Part shown: piece after piece, positions 51,116 through 62,666 of the stretch
How the letters are laid out: each line of letters begins with the position of its first letter
Numbering within the stretch: position 1 is the first letter of the stretch
NCBI GenBank assembly: GCA_965223905.1
Contig: CBDCXV010000011.1
Location: forward strand, 96,001 to 160,000
Direction: 5' to 3'
Length of the DNA: 64,000 nucleotides
Origin: Candidatus Latescibacterota bacterium
Lineage (GTDB): Bacteria > Latescibacterota > UBA2968 > UBA8231
Position numbers and translations under genes: made by a program
The notes under the pieces: model-generated
Database searches by the model: none
What the model was told of the DNA's origin: nothing
Seen by the model: only the letters and a program-made list of their open reading frames with translations

Positions 51116-51227
51116 CCGAAAATCCAATTTTTTCACGGAAGTGAGTGATTTTTCACTGGTTACGACATTTCTTCCGGCAGAACAGCGACCGGGGTGAACA
51201 GCGGTCGCAAAAAGGAGGTTTCGACTC

Positions 51228-52007
51228 TTGAGTCCACTGAGCCTGAATAACACAGCCATTAGCACGCTTGCGGAAAAGCTCGTCATGGCACGAAAGCTGT
51301 ACGGCAATGACAGCAGCTATGCAATCGGCTTAATGGCAGGGGTGGAAACGGTGCTTGACAACGACGGAAACCTCCGAGAAATCCAGGACCGGGTTATCGA
51401 AGTCGAATCGGGTAAAACACCTTCCGCAAAACCTGCCCAGGAGTCTCCGCGCGGAGGTCGGGGAGACTCGGTGCTGGTCGAAAACAGTTGGACCAAGGGC
51501 TCTGTAAAGTGGTTCAACAACGACAAAGGTTATGGTTTCATATCAACCGGTGCCGAGACGGATGTATTCGTGCACTGGCGCGATATCTCATCCTGGGATC
51601 GCAGCCTCTCACAAGGTGACGAGGTTGAATTCATGGTGACCAAGACAGCCAAGGGTTTTCAAGCGATCAACGTTATGAAGAGCAGTGAGGGCCAGGAAGG
51701 GGAGAGCGAAAGTGGCTCACCTACAGCTCCCTCTCGGACGACCGCGGCATCGAATGACCCTGAAGATCCCCATGCCTCCGAGGAAGGTGGTGTCTCCGAT
51801 GAAGGCCAAGCTGCCTCGGTGACACATGGGCCACCAGGAGGAGTGCTTGCATCCCAGGAAGGGGAGGGCGAAGCCGGTTCAACTGCGGACGAACCTCAGG
51901 GATCTCTGTCCGAAGGTGAGAATCAGGAGTCTGGAGTTGCGAGGAGTGCCGATAGTTCGGCACCTAGCATCGAATCCCGGCCCGAAGACATGGAGGAGTC
52001 TTCATAG
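51228..52007 (+). CDS. Cold-shock domain protein with N-terminal extension and acidic disordered tail
   Basis: AAAGGAGG RBS plus TTG; [16 protein letters not shown] (RNP1), DVFVH (RNP2). Confidence 0.88.
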   Translation: MSPLSLNNTAISTLAEKLVMARKLYGNDSSYAIGLMAGVETVLDNDGNLREIQDRVIEVESGKTPSAKPAQESPRGGRGDSVLVENSWTKGSVKWFNNDKGYGFISTGAETDVFVHWRDISSWDRSLSQGDEVEFMVTKTAKGFQAINVMKSSEGQEGESESGSPTAPSRTTAASNDPEDPHASEEGGVSDEGQAASVTHGPPGGVLASQEGEGEAGSTADEPQGSLSEGENQESGVARSADSSAPSIESRPEDMEESS

Positions 52008-52027
52008 TCGGATCGAGCGAGGCACCG

Positions 52028-53257
52028 ATGTTGAAAAAACCGAGAAATACAGTCACATGCTCGTTCTGTGGCAAAGGAGTCACCCAGGTCGAAAAGATCA
52101 TCACCGGGCCGTCGGTGCACATATGCAACGAGTGCGTGAACCTTTGTAACGAGGTTCTGGAAGAAGAGGAGGCGGAGGAGCCCAACGGACATGGCAATCC
52201 ATTGCCTAAGCCTGCGGAGATCAAGACCCAGCTCGATAAGCATATCATTGGCCAGGAGCGCGCCAAGAAAGCACTCTCCGTAGCGGTCTACAACCACTAT
52301 AAGCGGATCTATTCCGGCTCATCCGAGGTCGAGCTGACAAAAAGCAATATTCTCCTTCTCGGTCCTACCGGCACAGGCAAGACCTTGCTCGCCGAGACCC
52401 TGGCCAGAATCCTTCAAATCCCCTTCGCCATAGTTGACGCAACTGTCCTCACGGAAGCCGGCTACGTCGGCGAAGACGTCGAGAATATCCTGGTGCGTAT
52501 CTTGCAGGCCGCGGATTACGATGTCGGCAAGGCAGAACGCGGAATCCTGTTTGTCGATGAGATCGACAAAATCGCGAGAAAATCAGGTAACCCCTCGATT
52601 ACGCGCGACGTGTCTGGAGAGGGTGTTCAGCAGGAATTGCTGAAGATTCTCGAAGGCACCGTTTCGGGAGTGCCCCCAAAGGGAGGCAGGAAACACCCGG
52701 AACAGCCGCTAGTCCAAATAAACACGCGAAACATCCTGTTCATTTGCGGAGGGGCCTTCGATGGACTCGACAAGATCATCAGCGCCCGGACCGGCCGGCG
52801 TGCAATGGGATTTGGAGCTGACATGGAAACTGCCGGCTATCAAGACGTCGGCCACCTGCTTTCCCGTGTCGAGCCTGAAGATCTCATTCAATACGGGTTG
52901 ATCCCCGAGTTGATCGGACGCCTCCCTGTCGTAAGCTCTCTACACCCATTAAGTGCACAGGCGCTGCTCGACATCCTCGTAAAACCGAAAAATGCCCTTG
53001 TGAGGCAGTACCAGAAACTGTTTGAGATGGACGGCCTCATACTGAGGTTCTCGCAAGGGGCTCTCGACAAAGTCGTGAAGCTTTGTCAGGAAAAGGAGAT
53101 GGGGGCTCGAGGGCTGCGTGCGGTGTTGGAAACCGCGATGTTCGAGGTGATGTACGAACTCCCCTCCCGAAGCGATATCAAGGAGTGCATCATCACCGGG
53201 GAGTTCATCGACGCCAAAGGCCCTCCTACATTTGTCCACAAACGCAAGCGGGCATGA
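52028..53257 (+). CDS. clpX: ATP-dependent Clp protease ATP-binding subunit ClpX
   Basis: CSFCGK zinc finger, [34 protein letters not shown]. Confidence 0.99.
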   Translation: MLKKPRNTVTCSFCGKGVTQVEKIITGPSVHICNECVNLCNEVLEEEEAEEPNGHGNPLPKPAEIKTQLDKHIIGQERAKKALSVAVYNHYKRIYSGSSEVELTKSNILLLGPTGTGKTLLAETLARILQIPFAIVDATVLTEAGYVGEDVENILVRILQAADYDVGKAERGILFVDEIDKIARKSGNPSITRDVSGEGVQQELLKILEGTVSGVPPKGGRKHPEQPLVQINTRNILFICGGAFDGLDKIISARTGRRAMGFGADMETAGYQDVGHLLSRVEPEDLIQYGLIPELIGRLPVVSSLHPLSAQALLDILVKPKNALVRQYQKLFEMDGLILRFSQGALDKVVKLCQEKEMGARGLRAVLETAMFEVMYELPSRSDIKECIITGEFIDAKGPPTFVHKRKRA

Positions 53258-53323
53258 TCAACCGCGCGTAGACAGTCACCGGCTCTCATCCAGTTTTCAA
53301 AGCCCCGTGTCAAGCGGCACGCG

Positions 53324-54331
53324 GTGTCAGCCCCCGGGATGCACCGCCATCGCATCCTGAGGCAGCGGTCGGCAACCATCGCTTCTACGCGGCGATTCTT
53401 CACCGAAGCGGGTTTTCTCGAAGTAGAAACGCCAACACTGGTAGCCGCCCCGAATCCTGAGTGTCACATACTTCCGATGCGTATCCGGACTGACGGAGAT
53501 CCGGCATCGGAGAGCTATCTGATATCCTCGCCGGAGCCTCACATGAAACGGCTTCTGTCCGAGGGGTTCGATCGTATATTTCAAGTCTGCCGATGTTTCA
53601 GACAAGGGGAATGGACGTCGAACCACAATCCCGAATTCACCATGCTCGAGTGGTACCGAGCCGGCGGAACGTATGAAGGGATAGCCGCGGACGCGGAGAA
53701 TCTCGTCCGCTCCGTTGCCGCCGATGTCCTCCACTCGAATTCGTTGGTCTTCGACGGTACCCATGTCGAGCTCGACCCGCCGTGGCCGCGCCTATCGGTG
53801 GTCGAAGCCTTCAGTCGCCACGCCGGTCTGAAAATCGATTTCTCGTGGTCCAGGGAGAAGTTCGCCCGAGCAGCTGCGGCTGCGGGCTGCCTAAGCACGC
53901 ATCTCGGCGACTCATGGGACGATCTATTCGCCAAGCTGTTGGTCGAAAGGGTAGAACCGGCCTTGGTGCGCGAGCCCAAACCTGTCTTCCTGATGGACTA
54001 CCCAGCGCGTCTGTCGCCGATGGCAAGGCAGAAGGAAAACGATCCCCACACTGCCTTACGGGTCGAGCTCTATATCGCAGGCCTGGAGCTGGCGAACGGC
54101 TTTAGCGAGCAGAACGACCCCAAGCGGCAAAGAAGAACGCTCATGGCCGAACGCAGTCACCGGCCATGCGGCCAGCGCAATCCCCTCGACGAGGGTTTTC
54201 TGGACTCACTACACCGAATGCCGGATGCCGCGGGTATGGCCCTCGGAATCGACCGTCTCGTCATGCTGATAACCTCTGCCCATTCCATTCAAGAAGTCGT
54301 TGCATTCCCCGAGCAAAGCGCTCTTTCATGA
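53324..54331 (+). CDS. epmA: EF-P lysine aminoacylase (EpmA/GenX)
   Basis: LEVETP, YLISSPE..MKRLL, HNPEFTMLEWY, ELANGFSE, GMALGIDRL; no anticodon-binding domain. Confidence 0.9.
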   Translation: MSAPGMHRHRILRQRSATIASTRRFFTEAGFLEVETPTLVAAPNPECHILPMRIRTDGDPASESYLISSPEPHMKRLLSEGFDRIFQVCRCFRQGEWTSNHNPEFTMLEWYRAGGTYEGIAADAENLVRSVAADVLHSNSLVFDGTHVELDPPWPRLSVVEAFSRHAGLKIDFSWSREKFARAAAAAGCLSTHLGDSWDDLFAKLLVERVEPALVREPKPVFLMDYPARLSPMARQKENDPHTALRVELYIAGLELANGFSEQNDPKRQRRTLMAERSHRPCGQRNPLDEGFLDSLHRMPDAAGMALGIDRLVMLITSAHSIQEVVAFPEQSALS

Positions 54332-55207
54332 GCAGCATTCTAATCCTCTCTGGTGACAAGGCAATCGTCGAGCAGATTGCGAAGGCGATTTCCACGGGAA
54401 GTCACGTGATCAGGGCGCTGCCACCCCAGGCAGGGACCCCCGACTACCTCACCACCGCGGGCGTGGACTTGGTGTTTCTGAGGGACCGCTCCGACTCCAT
54501 GACTCCGGATTATATCGAGACCGTTATCGGCCGGTGTCGTTTACAGGACATCCCCGTTCTGCTGTTTCGAGAGTCGGGAGCCCGCCAACAACCGCAGTAT
54601 CTCGACTGCACCGTCGGCGACTATCTGTCCCTGCCTGTCGACTTGGGCGAGGTCGCCCGGCGGACAGAACTCCTGCTGAAGGTCAGGCAGCGTCTCGATC
54701 AGCTGCGCGCACAAGCCGTTTTCGACGAGCTGACCGGGGCGTACAACCGCCGCTTCCTCGATGAGCAGCTGAGGGTGCGCCTCGGGGAAGCACGGCGACA
54801 CCGAACCCCTGTTTCATTGATTCTTTTCGATCTTGATCACTTCAAAAAAGTGAACGACACGTATGGACACCCGTTCGGAGACACTGTTTTGAAGGGCACC
54901 GCCGAGCTGGCGAGACGACAGATGCGCAAGGAAGACATCTTGGCGCGATACGGCGGGGAGGAGTTCGCCGTGATGTTGCCCCACACCGACCGTCCAGGGG
55001 CGGCTGTTCTGGCGGAACGGTTGCGGGCCGCGGCGGCCGGGCACTTCCACTCGAACGGGGGGCGAAGCGAGCGGGTTACAATAAGCCCTGAGGGTCGCAT
55101 CCTTTCCGCTGGATGAGGGGGATTCGGTGGAGGAACTGATCGAATGTGTCGATTCCCGTCTTTACAAAGCGAAGGATTCGGGCCGCAATCGGTCGGTATT
55201 CGATTGA
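54328..55207 (+). CDS. Diguanylate cyclase (REC-like plus GGEEF), apparent +1 frameshift near 55087
   Basis: DELTGAYNRR, DLDHFKKVNDTYGH, ARYGGEEF; the canonical C-terminus (VASFP...LYKAKDSGRNR) is in another frame and ends at 55207. Confidence 0.85.
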
Positions 55208-55243
55208 GTCGGCCACCGGGCCGGGATAGTCCTCCGACCAAGG

Positions 55244-55858
55244 TCAGCCCGTGGCTGGTGTTTTCGCTTCCAGTTCGCTCGCAGATTCGAAGATGCCGTC
55301 GATCAGTCCGAAATCCTGCGCTTCGTGCGGCGACAGGAAGTAGTTCCTCTCGGTAACTTCCTCTATCCTCGCCAGGGGCTGCTCGGTATCGGCTACCAGG
55401 ATATCGTTGAGTCTCTGGCGCCAGTCCATGATCTCCCGGGCCTGAATCTCCATGTCCGCAGCCTGACCGCCGATGCCTCCCCAAGGCTGGTGCAGCATGA
55501 TGCGCGAATGCGGAAGGGCATGGCGCTTTCCCCTGGCGCCTCCGGCCAGCAGAATTGCGCTCATGCTGTACGCCTGCCCGACGCACAAGGTCGCTACGTC
55601 GCAGGGGATGTGCTGCATGGTGTCGTAGATGGCAAGTCCCGACGTGATCAGTCCACCGGGGCTGTTTATGTACAGGGAGATGTCCTGCTTGGGGTCTTCC
55701 GATGCGAGAAAGAGCAGTTGCGCGATGACGAGGTTGGCCTCGCTGTCATCGATCGGCATGCCGATGAAGACGATGCGCTCCTTCAGCAACCGTGAGAAGA
55801 TGTCGTAGGCACGTTCTCCTCGTCCCGTCTGCTCAATGACTACGGGAATTACCGCCAT
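55244..55858 (-). CDS. clpP: ATP-dependent Clp protease proteolytic subunit
   Basis: [32 protein letters not shown]. Confidence 0.98.
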   Translation of the reverse strand: MAVIPVVIEQTGRGERAYDIFSRLLKERIVFIGMPIDDSEANLVIAQLLFLASEDPKQDISLYINSPGGLITSGLAIYDTMQHIPCDVATLCVGQAYSMSAILLAGGARGKRHALPHSRIMLHQPWGGIGGQAADMEIQAREIMDWRQRLNDILVADTEQPLARIEEVTERNYFLSPHEAQDFGLIDGIFESASELEAKTPATG

Positions 55859-55917
55859 GTGAAGCTGTAGTCGTCCTGTTAGTGCGGGGGGTTGATACGC
55901 GAAAACTACTCCTGCGG

Positions 55918-55946
55918 ACGATAGATAGCTGCCGTGTTCTTGTCAA
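55918..55946 (-). promoter_or_regulatory. Putative sigma70 promoter for clpP
   Basis: TTGACA-17nt-TATCGT on the minus strand. Confidence 0.55.
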
Positions 55947-55982
55947 CCGCGGCAACGTCTCCCCGCTTTAGCGGTCCTTTAA

Positions 55983-56011
55983 TTGACAACGATTTCCGGG
56001 ACGCATAAATT
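55983..56011 (+). promoter_or_regulatory. Putative sigma70 promoter for hflK
   Basis: TTGACA-17nt-TAAATT. Confidence 0.6.
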
Positions 56012-56053
56012 CCCGCTGATTCAATACAACAGCCCGAAAGGCAGTGGCAGGCA

Positions 56054-57043
56054 GTGCCGCAACAGTTCGACTTTCCCAAATCCCCCGTCCCTTCCCTGAA
56101 ACTGAACCCGCGAACCGTTTACCTCGTCGTCGGTGTTCTTTTCGGGCTCTGGCTTCTCAGTGGAATCTACACCGTAGCTCCCGACGAGAAGGCGGTGGTG
56201 TTACGTTTCGGCAAGCTGCACGCCGTCGTCGATCCGGGGTTGCACTATCACCTGCCATCGCCGATCGAAAACCGCATCACGAGATCGGTTACCCAGGTGT
56301 ATCGCGAAGAGATCGGATTTCGAACCTTCGATCCGGGCCCCCCGGCGCGCTACAGCCCCAAGCCCAAGGAATCACTGATGCTGACAGGAGATGAAAACAT
56401 CGTCGACGTCGAGATGGTGGTTCAGTACCGCGTCTCGAGCGTCGTCGATGCCCTCTTCAGCGTCGCCGGATTGGGGGTTTTCGAGGATCGCAGTGTGGGT
56501 CTGGTGCACGATGCCAGCGAGGCCGCCCTCAGGCAGGTTGTCGGACGCCATCGGATCGACGAGGCGCTGACGGAAGGGAAGCTCCGAATCCAGACGGAAA
56601 TTCACGAGAAACTCGAGGAGTTGTTCGATCGCTACCAGTGCGGACTGTCTGTGGAATCGGTGCAGTTGCAGACGGTGGGGCCTCCGGCCCAAGTCGACGA
56701 CGCCTTCAAGGATGTCGCCAGCGCCAAGGAGGATCGCGAGCGCTTGGTCAACGAAGCCCGGGGATATCAAAACGACGTCATCCCCAAGGCCAGGGGTGAG
56801 GCGCAACGCCTGATCAAGGAGGCCGAAGCGTACAAAATCCAACGCATTCGGCGAGCCCAGGGAGATGCCGACCGTTTCAGCTCCGTTTATGCAGAATACA
56901 AAAAAGCCCCGGCCGTCACGGAGAAGCGTCTCTATCTCGAGACGATGGAAACGATCCTTCCAAACCTGAAGAAGTACATTATTAAGTCCGACAAGAAGGG
57001 CGGGCTCCTCAACATCCTCAACCTCGACCAGTCCCGGAATTAG
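56054..57043 (+). CDS. hflK: FtsH protease modulator HflK
   Basis: VVLRFGK, MLTGDENIVDV, AFKDVASAKED, P.ARGEA, RLYLETME. Confidence 0.95.
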   Translation: MPQQFDFPKSPVPSLKLNPRTVYLVVGVLFGLWLLSGIYTVAPDEKAVVLRFGKLHAVVDPGLHYHLPSPIENRITRSVTQVYREEIGFRTFDPGPPARYSPKPKESLMLTGDENIVDVEMVVQYRVSSVVDALFSVAGLGVFEDRSVGLVHDASEAALRQVVGRHRIDEALTEGKLRIQTEIHEKLEELFDRYQCGLSVESVQLQTVGPPAQVDDAFKDVASAKEDRERLVNEARGYQNDVIPKARGEAQRLIKEAEAYKIQRIRRAQGDADRFSSVYAEYKKAPAVTEKRLYLETMETILPNLKKYIIKSDKKGGLLNILNLDQSRN

Positions 57044-57067
57044 CAGGGAAGGAATTCACCAGGTCCA

Positions 57068-57925
57068 ATGCGTTCCGCTGCAGCCCTCGTCGCCGCCATT
57101 GCAATCGCCGTGTTCGGCGCCAGTCTCATCCTTTTCACGGTGACCGAGATTCAGCAGGCCGTCGTCACTCAGTTCGGTGAACCTGTCAGAGTGATCACCG
57201 AGCCTGGTTTGTATTTCAAGCTTCCCGACCCGATTCAGAAAGTCAACTACTTCGACAAGCGCCTCCTCGACTACGACGCCAACCCAGATCCGATTTATAC
57301 CAAGGACAAGAAAATCCTCCTTCTCGACAATTACGCCCGCTGGCGTATCGTCGAACCCTTGGTGTTCATGAAAGCGCTTCGCACCGTCGACGAGGCGACC
57401 GCCCGCCTGGACGACATCGTGTTCTCCGAGCTGCGCAAGGAACTGGGTCAGCACGAGCTGACGGAAGTGGTGGCGAGCAATCGCGAGGAGATCATGCTCG
57501 ACGTGACCACGCGATCCGATGAAGCGGCGCGGCCGTACGGCATCGAAGTCGTCGATGTGCGCGTCAAGAGGGCGGACCTTCCGCCTGAGAACGAGGCTTA
57601 CGTATTCAACCGCATGAGAGCCGAGCGCGAGCGGGAAGCCAAGACCTACCGAGCCGAAGGTGAGGAGCAGGCATTGAAGATTCGCGCCGAGACCGATCTC
57701 GAGGCGGCGAGTATCAGCGCCGAGGCGTACGAACAGTCCCAGGGAATTCGCGGCGAAGGTGATGCGGAAGCCCTCAAGATCTACGCCGCGGCGTACAAGA
57801 ACGCCGGCAAGTTCTACGAGTTCACCCGCACTCTCGAGGCGTATGAAAAATCCCTCACCGAGAACACCGTCCTCGTACAACCCCTCGACACAGAGTTCTT
57901 CAAGTTCCTGCAAGGTCCAGATTGA
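57068..57925 (+). CDS. hflC: FtsH protease modulator HflC
   Basis: QFGEP, PGLYFK, TKDKK, RMRAERER, FYEFTRTLEAY. Confidence 0.95.
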   Translation: MRSAAALVAAIAIAVFGASLILFTVTEIQQAVVTQFGEPVRVITEPGLYFKLPDPIQKVNYFDKRLLDYDANPDPIYTKDKKILLLDNYARWRIVEPLVFMKALRTVDEATARLDDIVFSELRKELGQHELTEVVASNREEIMLDVTTRSDEAARPYGIEVVDVRVKRADLPPENEAYVFNRMRAEREREAKTYRAEGEEQALKIRAETDLEAASISAEAYEQSQGIRGEGDAEALKIYAAAYKNAGKFYEFTRTLEAYEKSLTENTVLVQPLDTEFFKFLQGPD

Positions 57926-58027
57926 GGCGAAAACCGACTTTCGGTTCGCCTCTCTCTTGGCGAAGCTCCTTCTGACAGAAATTCCCTGGATCTTCCGGAA
58001 ACCTCCGGGCAAGGCGGCTATTGTGAA

Positions 58028-58633
58028 GTGATGCCCGTCCAGCTTGTCGGGATCACGGGAAACATGGGCGCCGGCAAGTCGACCTTTGCGGCAATGCTCG
58101 CCAAGCGGGGCGCTCTCGTAGTCGATGCCGACCAGGTCGCCCATGAGGTGCTCGAATACCCGGAAGTGGTCGAGGAGGTGACCGCTTCCTTCGGTTCTGG
58201 AGTACTGGACGCCTGTGGCCGTGTCGACCGCACGAGGCTCGGCAGGGTTGTGTTCTCCGATCCCGGGAAACTGCAGACTTTGACCGCAATACTGCGTCCG
58301 CTGCTCGAGCCGGAGCTCTGGATGCGGGTCGATGCCTGCCGGCGGGCCACTAAGGAGCCGGGTGCCGTCCTCCTCGATGCCCCCCTGATTCTGGAGTGGG
58401 GAGTTCAGGATCGGTTAGACCTGCTCGTCGCAATGGTGGCGGACGAATCGGCAGTGGGCCACCGCCTTGTCTGCAGTCGCGGCACAACCGCGGAAGAGAT
58501 CGCCAGGCGCACCCGTGCGCAAGCGCCGGTCTCGGACAAAGTCGCCGCCGCAGACATCGTGGTCGACAACAGCGGCACCCTGGCGGAGCTCGAGGAAGCC
58601 GCCGATTTCCTGTGGAAAAAGGTGACCCTTTGA
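58028..58633 (+). CDS. coaE: Dephospho-CoA kinase
   Basis: GITGNMGAGKST, DADQVAH, DAPLILE, D.VVDNSG. Confidence 0.93.
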   Translation: MMPVQLVGITGNMGAGKSTFAAMLAKRGALVVDADQVAHEVLEYPEVVEEVTASFGSGVLDACGRVDRTRLGRVVFSDPGKLQTLTAILRPLLEPELWMRVDACRRATKEPGAVLLDAPLILEWGVQDRLDLLVAMVADESAVGHRLVCSRGTTAEEIARRTRAQAPVSDKVAAADIVVDNSGTLAELEEAADFLWKKVTL

Positions 58634-59739
58634 AAACGACCGTCCTCAGGGGAACCCATCTTGCCGAGGGAGCCAGGATGGTCCCTTTCAACGGCTGGGA
58701 AATGCCCGTTCAGTATCTCGGCATCGGTCAGGAGCACCTCGCCGTCCGTTCCGGGGTCGGCATTTTCGATGTCTGCCACATGGGTCAGCTGCGTATCGCC
58801 GGGCATGGAAGTATCGACTTCCTGCACCATCTGCTCCCCATCGATGTTGCCCGGATCCGTGTCGGGGCAATGAAATACGCGGTCATGTGCAACGAACAGG
58901 GAGGAGCTGTCGACGATCTGGCGGTGTATCGCCTCTGCGAAACGAAGTTCACCCTCGTCGTAAACGCCGGGCGAATCGATGCCGACCTCGAATGGATAAC
59001 CAAGGCTTCCCATCGTACCGAGACCGTCGTCGAGGACAGAAGCGCAACAACCGGGATGGTCGCCATCCAAGGTCCCGAAGCGGAACGGGTAACCGCCGCT
59101 CTCGTCGGTCCCGGAGCCACGCAGCTGGGTTATTTCCATTTCTCAGGGTTCTCATTCGCCGGGTCCGATCTCATCGTCAGCCGCAGCGGGTACACCGGAG
59201 AAGACGGGTTCGAGATCATGTGCCCTGTTTCCCTGACCCCGGAGCTGTGGCGAGCAGCCCGCGGCCTTGGGGCGACACCGGCCGGCCTCGGTGCCAGGGA
59301 CACCCTGCGCACGGAGATGGGGTACTGCCTGTACGGCCACGAGCTGAACGAGGAGACCACCCCGCTGGAAGCTGGTCTCGACCGCATCCTCGGCCTCGAT
59401 GACAGGCCGGACAGGGATTTCATCGGACGAGAAGCCCTTGTCGCCCTCCGCGCGCGGGGTGTGTACAGAGAGTTGACCGGCCTGGCGGTGGAAGGGCGCG
59501 CCGTGCCTCGCCCCGGGTATGAGGTCCTGGCCGATGGGGAAGTGGTCGGCTCGGTATCGAGCGGTACCTATTCGCCGAGCCTGCGCAAAGGTATCGCCCT
59601 TGCCTTCGTCGACCCAGCCGCGACTGCCGGAGGACGGCTCCAGATCGACATCAGGGGCAACCTCCAACCCGCTGAAGTAGCGGCGCTGCCGATGGTCCCG
59701 AGCCGGGTACGGACGAGGCGAAAGAAGAAAAAGGGATGA
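58630..59739 (+). CDS. gcvT: Glycine cleavage system aminomethyltransferase T
   Basis: TTG start overlapping the coaE stop; [39 protein letters not shown]. Confidence 0.97.
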   Translation: MKTTVLRGTHLAEGARMVPFNGWEMPVQYLGIGQEHLAVRSGVGIFDVCHMGQLRIAGHGSIDFLHHLLPIDVARIRVGAMKYAVMCNEQGGAVDDLAVYRLCETKFTLVVNAGRIDADLEWITKASHRTETVVEDRSATTGMVAIQGPEAERVTAALVGPGATQLGYFHFSGFSFAGSDLIVSRSGYTGEDGFEIMCPVSLTPELWRAARGLGATPAGLGARDTLRTEMGYCLYGHELNEETTPLEAGLDRILGLDDRPDRDFIGREALVALRARGVYRELTGLAVEGRAVPRPGYEVLADGEVVGSVSSGTYSPSLRKGIALAFVDPAATAGGRLQIDIRGNLQPAEVAALPMVPSRVRTRRKKKKG

Positions 59740-62666
59740 TGGAGGGTCGCGGTCCCGCCAACTCGACTGAGGGGGTGGCTGCTTCGGAGAGTGGAGGATT
59801 CCCGGGCCGGCACATAGGTCCAGGTCCTCGAGAACAGGACCAGATGGTGCACAGTCTCGGGGCGGAACGGCTCGATGAACTGATTGAAGAAACGATCCCA
59901 TCCACCATTCGTTCGCAGCGGCAGCTCCATTACCAGGAGGCGGTCAGCGAACGCGGCCTCCTCAGGGACCTGGAGGAGATCTCTCGCCAGAACGAGAGGG
60001 TGCGCTCCTTCATAGGTACTGGGTACGCGAGCTGCATCACTCCACCTGTCATCCAGCGCAACATCCTCGAAAATCCCGCCTGGTACACCCAGTACACGCC
60101 GTACCAATCCGAGATTGCCCAGGGACGGCTCGAAGCTCTGCTGACCTTTCAGACCATGATTTGCGATCTCACCGCCCTCGAGCTCGCAAACGCCTCCCTG
60201 CTCGACGAAGGCACGGCCGCGGCCGAGGCGATGGCAATGATGAAAAGGCAGCAGCGCAGGAACCACTCGCGGGCCTTCTTTCTGTCCTCTGCGTGCCACC
60301 CGCAGACCAAAGCGGTGCTGCGAACCAGGGCGCGGCCGCTGCAGATCGAAATAATCGAAGGGGATCACGAGAGCTTCGACTTCGGTGCGCACCCTGTGTT
60401 CGGCTGCCTGCTGCAGTATCCGGCTAGCGACGGCGCCCTATGCGACCACCGTGAATTTTGCTCCCGCGCCCACGAGAATGGTGCCCTCGTGGCCGTCGCC
60501 GGGGAGCTACTGGCCCTGCCGCTGCTGACGCCGCCTGGGGAGTTCGGCGCCGATGTCGCGGTAGGGAGCGCGCAGCGCTTCGGCATGCCAATGGGGTACG
60601 GCGGCCCGCACGCCGCCTACCTTGCGGCGCGGGAAGAATTCAGGCGCCAGGTACCCGGCCGCATCATCGGCGTATCCCGCGATGCAATGGGAAAAAGGGC
60701 GCTGAGGATGGCCCTGCAGACCCGGGAGCAGCACATCCGCCGCGAGACGGCGACCAGCAACATCTGCACGGCCCAGGTGCTTCCAGCGGTGGTGGCTTCA
60801 TTCTATGCGGTCTACCACGGTCCCGAGGGGTTGCGCGCCATAGCCGCAAGGATTCACCACTTGTCCACCTGGCTTGCCGGGGTGGCCGAACAGCTCGGGT
60901 ATCGCCTCGTCCACCGCCAGTTTTTCGACACCATCCGCCTGCAGGCAGACAGCGGCGCGATCACTTCCGCAGTCGAGGGCGCCCGGGCGCGGGGGATCGA
61001 GCTGCGCCGTTTCGACGGCGAGAACATCTGCATCACCCTCGACGAGACTACACAACCCGAAGATGTCGACGAGGTCTGTGCGGTCCTTGCGGCTGCTTGC
61101 GGCAGCGAGCGTCCGACCGATGGAGCCCCGGAGCCGGACTGGGAACCCCCGGCGTGGGATCCGAGCCTGGTGCGGGAGAGCCCTTACCTGACTCATCCGG
61201 TGTTTCACTCCTATCGCTCGGAGACCGAGCTGTTGCGCTACATGCGTCGGCTCGACGCCCGCGATCTCTCGCTGACCACCTCGATGATCCCACTGGGGTC
61301 GTGCACCATGAAACTGAACGCAACCGCGGAGATGATGCCGATCACCTGGCCCGCGTTTGCCGACGTTCACCCATTCTCACCGGTCGAAAAGAACCTGGGG
61401 TACCAGCGGATCTTCACCGATCTGGAGGAAATGCTTTGCGACATCACCGGATTGGCCGCTGTCTCCCTGCAGCCGAATGCCGGTTCACAGGGGGAGTACG
61501 CCGGACTGCTGGTGATATCCAGATATCATGGAACCCGGTGCGGGGGCCGGCGCGACGTCTGTCTGATTCCCGCGTCCGCCCACGGCACAAATCCTGCTTC
61601 GGCCGCCTTGGCCGGCCTGACCGTGGTCGTCGTGGCCTGCGATGCGGAGGGCAACATAGATCTCGAGGATTTGCGCGCCAAGGCGGACGCCCACGCCGAC
61701 CGCCTGGGTGCCTTGATGGTGACGTATCCGTCGACACACGGGGTGTTCGAGGAAGGGATCGGCGAGATCTGCGAGGTCGTTCACGACCGTGGGGGCCAGG
61801 TTTACATGGACGGGGCCAACATGAACGCCATGGTCGGCCTGTGCCTGCCCGGCGACCTCGGGGTCGACGTCTGTCACCTCAACCTGCACAAGACCTTCTG
61901 CATTCCGCACGGTGGCGGGGGCCCGGGGATGGGGCCGATAGCCGTGGCCGAGCACCTGCGTGACTTCCTGCCCGGACATCCCATAATTCCCGTGGGCGGC
62001 TCCAACGCGATCGGGCCGGTCGCGTCAGCCCCCTGGGGCAGCGCCCTGATTCTCCTGATTTCTTGGGGCTACCTGCGGCTGATGGGAAGCTCGGGCCTCC
62101 GGAACGCTACCGAAGTCGCCATGCTCAACGCCAACTACGTGGCCGCGAGGCTCGATCCACATTACCCGGTCCTGTACCGCGGCTCCAGCGGGCGCGTAGC
62201 GCACGAAGCGATTCTCGACCTGCGGTCCTTCAGGTCTGTGGGAATCGAGGTCGACGACGTAGCCAAGCGCCTTATGGATTACGGCTTTCACGCTCCGACG
62301 GTCCATTTTCCCGTTCCGGGGACATTGATGGTCGAACCGACAGAGAGCGAATCCAAGGCGGAACTCGACCGTTTCTGCGACGCCATGATCGCGATCCGCG
62401 CTGAGATCGCCGAGATCGAGGCGGGGAAGGCCGATCCGCTGGACAACCCCCTGAAGAACGCGCCGCATACGCTCGACATGATCCTGGACGAAGACTGGAA
62501 CTACCCTTATTCCCGGGAGCGCGCCTGCCGGCCGGCCCCGTGGACGAAAAACCACAAATTCTGGCCTTCGGTTGCCCGCGTCGACAACGCCGCCGGAGAC
62601 CGCAATCTCGTCTGCACCTGTCCGCCGGTAGAATCGTACGTTGGCTCGGAACCGGGGACACCGTGA
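59736..62666 (+). CDS. gcvP: Glycine dehydrogenase (single-chain GcvP)
   Basis: [48 protein letters not shown]. Confidence 0.98.
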   Translation: MMEGRGPANSTEGVAASESGGFPGRHIGPGPREQDQMVHSLGAERLDELIEETIPSTIRSQRQLHYQEAVSERGLLRDLEEISRQNERVRSFIGTGYASCITPPVIQRNILENPAWYTQYTPYQSEIAQGRLEALLTFQTMICDLTALELANASLLDEGTAAAEAMAMMKRQQRRNHSRAFFLSSACHPQTKAVLRTRARPLQIEIIEGDHESFDFGAHPVFGCLLQYPASDGALCDHREFCSRAHENGALVAVAGELLALPLLTPPGEFGADVAVGSAQRFGMPMGYGGPHAAYLAAREEFRRQVPGRIIGVSRDAMGKRALRMALQTREQHIRRETATSNICTAQVLPAVVASFYAVYHGPEGLRAIAARIHHLSTWLAGVAEQLGYRLVHRQFFDTIRLQADSGAITSAVEGARARGIELRRFDGENICITLDETTQPEDVDEVCAVLAAACGSERPTDGAPEPDWEPPAWDPSLVRESPYLTHPVFHSYRSETELLRYMRRLDARDLSLTTSMIPLGSCTMKLNATAEMMPITWPAFADVHPFSPVEKNLGYQRIFTDLEEMLCDITGLAAVSLQPNAGSQGEYAGLLVISRYHGTRCGGRRDVCLIPASAHGTNPASAALAGLTVVVVACDAEGNIDLEDLRAKADAHADRLGALMVTYPSTHGVFEEGIGEICEVVHDRGGQVYMDGANMNAMVGLCLPGDLGVDVCHLNLHKTFCIPHGGGGPGMGPIAVAEHLRDFLPGHPIIPVGGSNAIGPVASAPWGSALILLISWGYLRLMGSSGLRNATEVAMLNANYVAARLDPHYPVLYRGSSGRVAHEAILDLRSFRSVGIEVDDVAKRLMDYGFHAPTVHFPVPGTLMVEPTESESKAELDRFCDAMIAIRAEIAEIEAGKADPLDNPLKNAPHTLDMILDEDWNYPYSRERACRPAPWTKNHKFWPSVARVDNAAGDRNLVCTCPPVESYVGSEPGTP

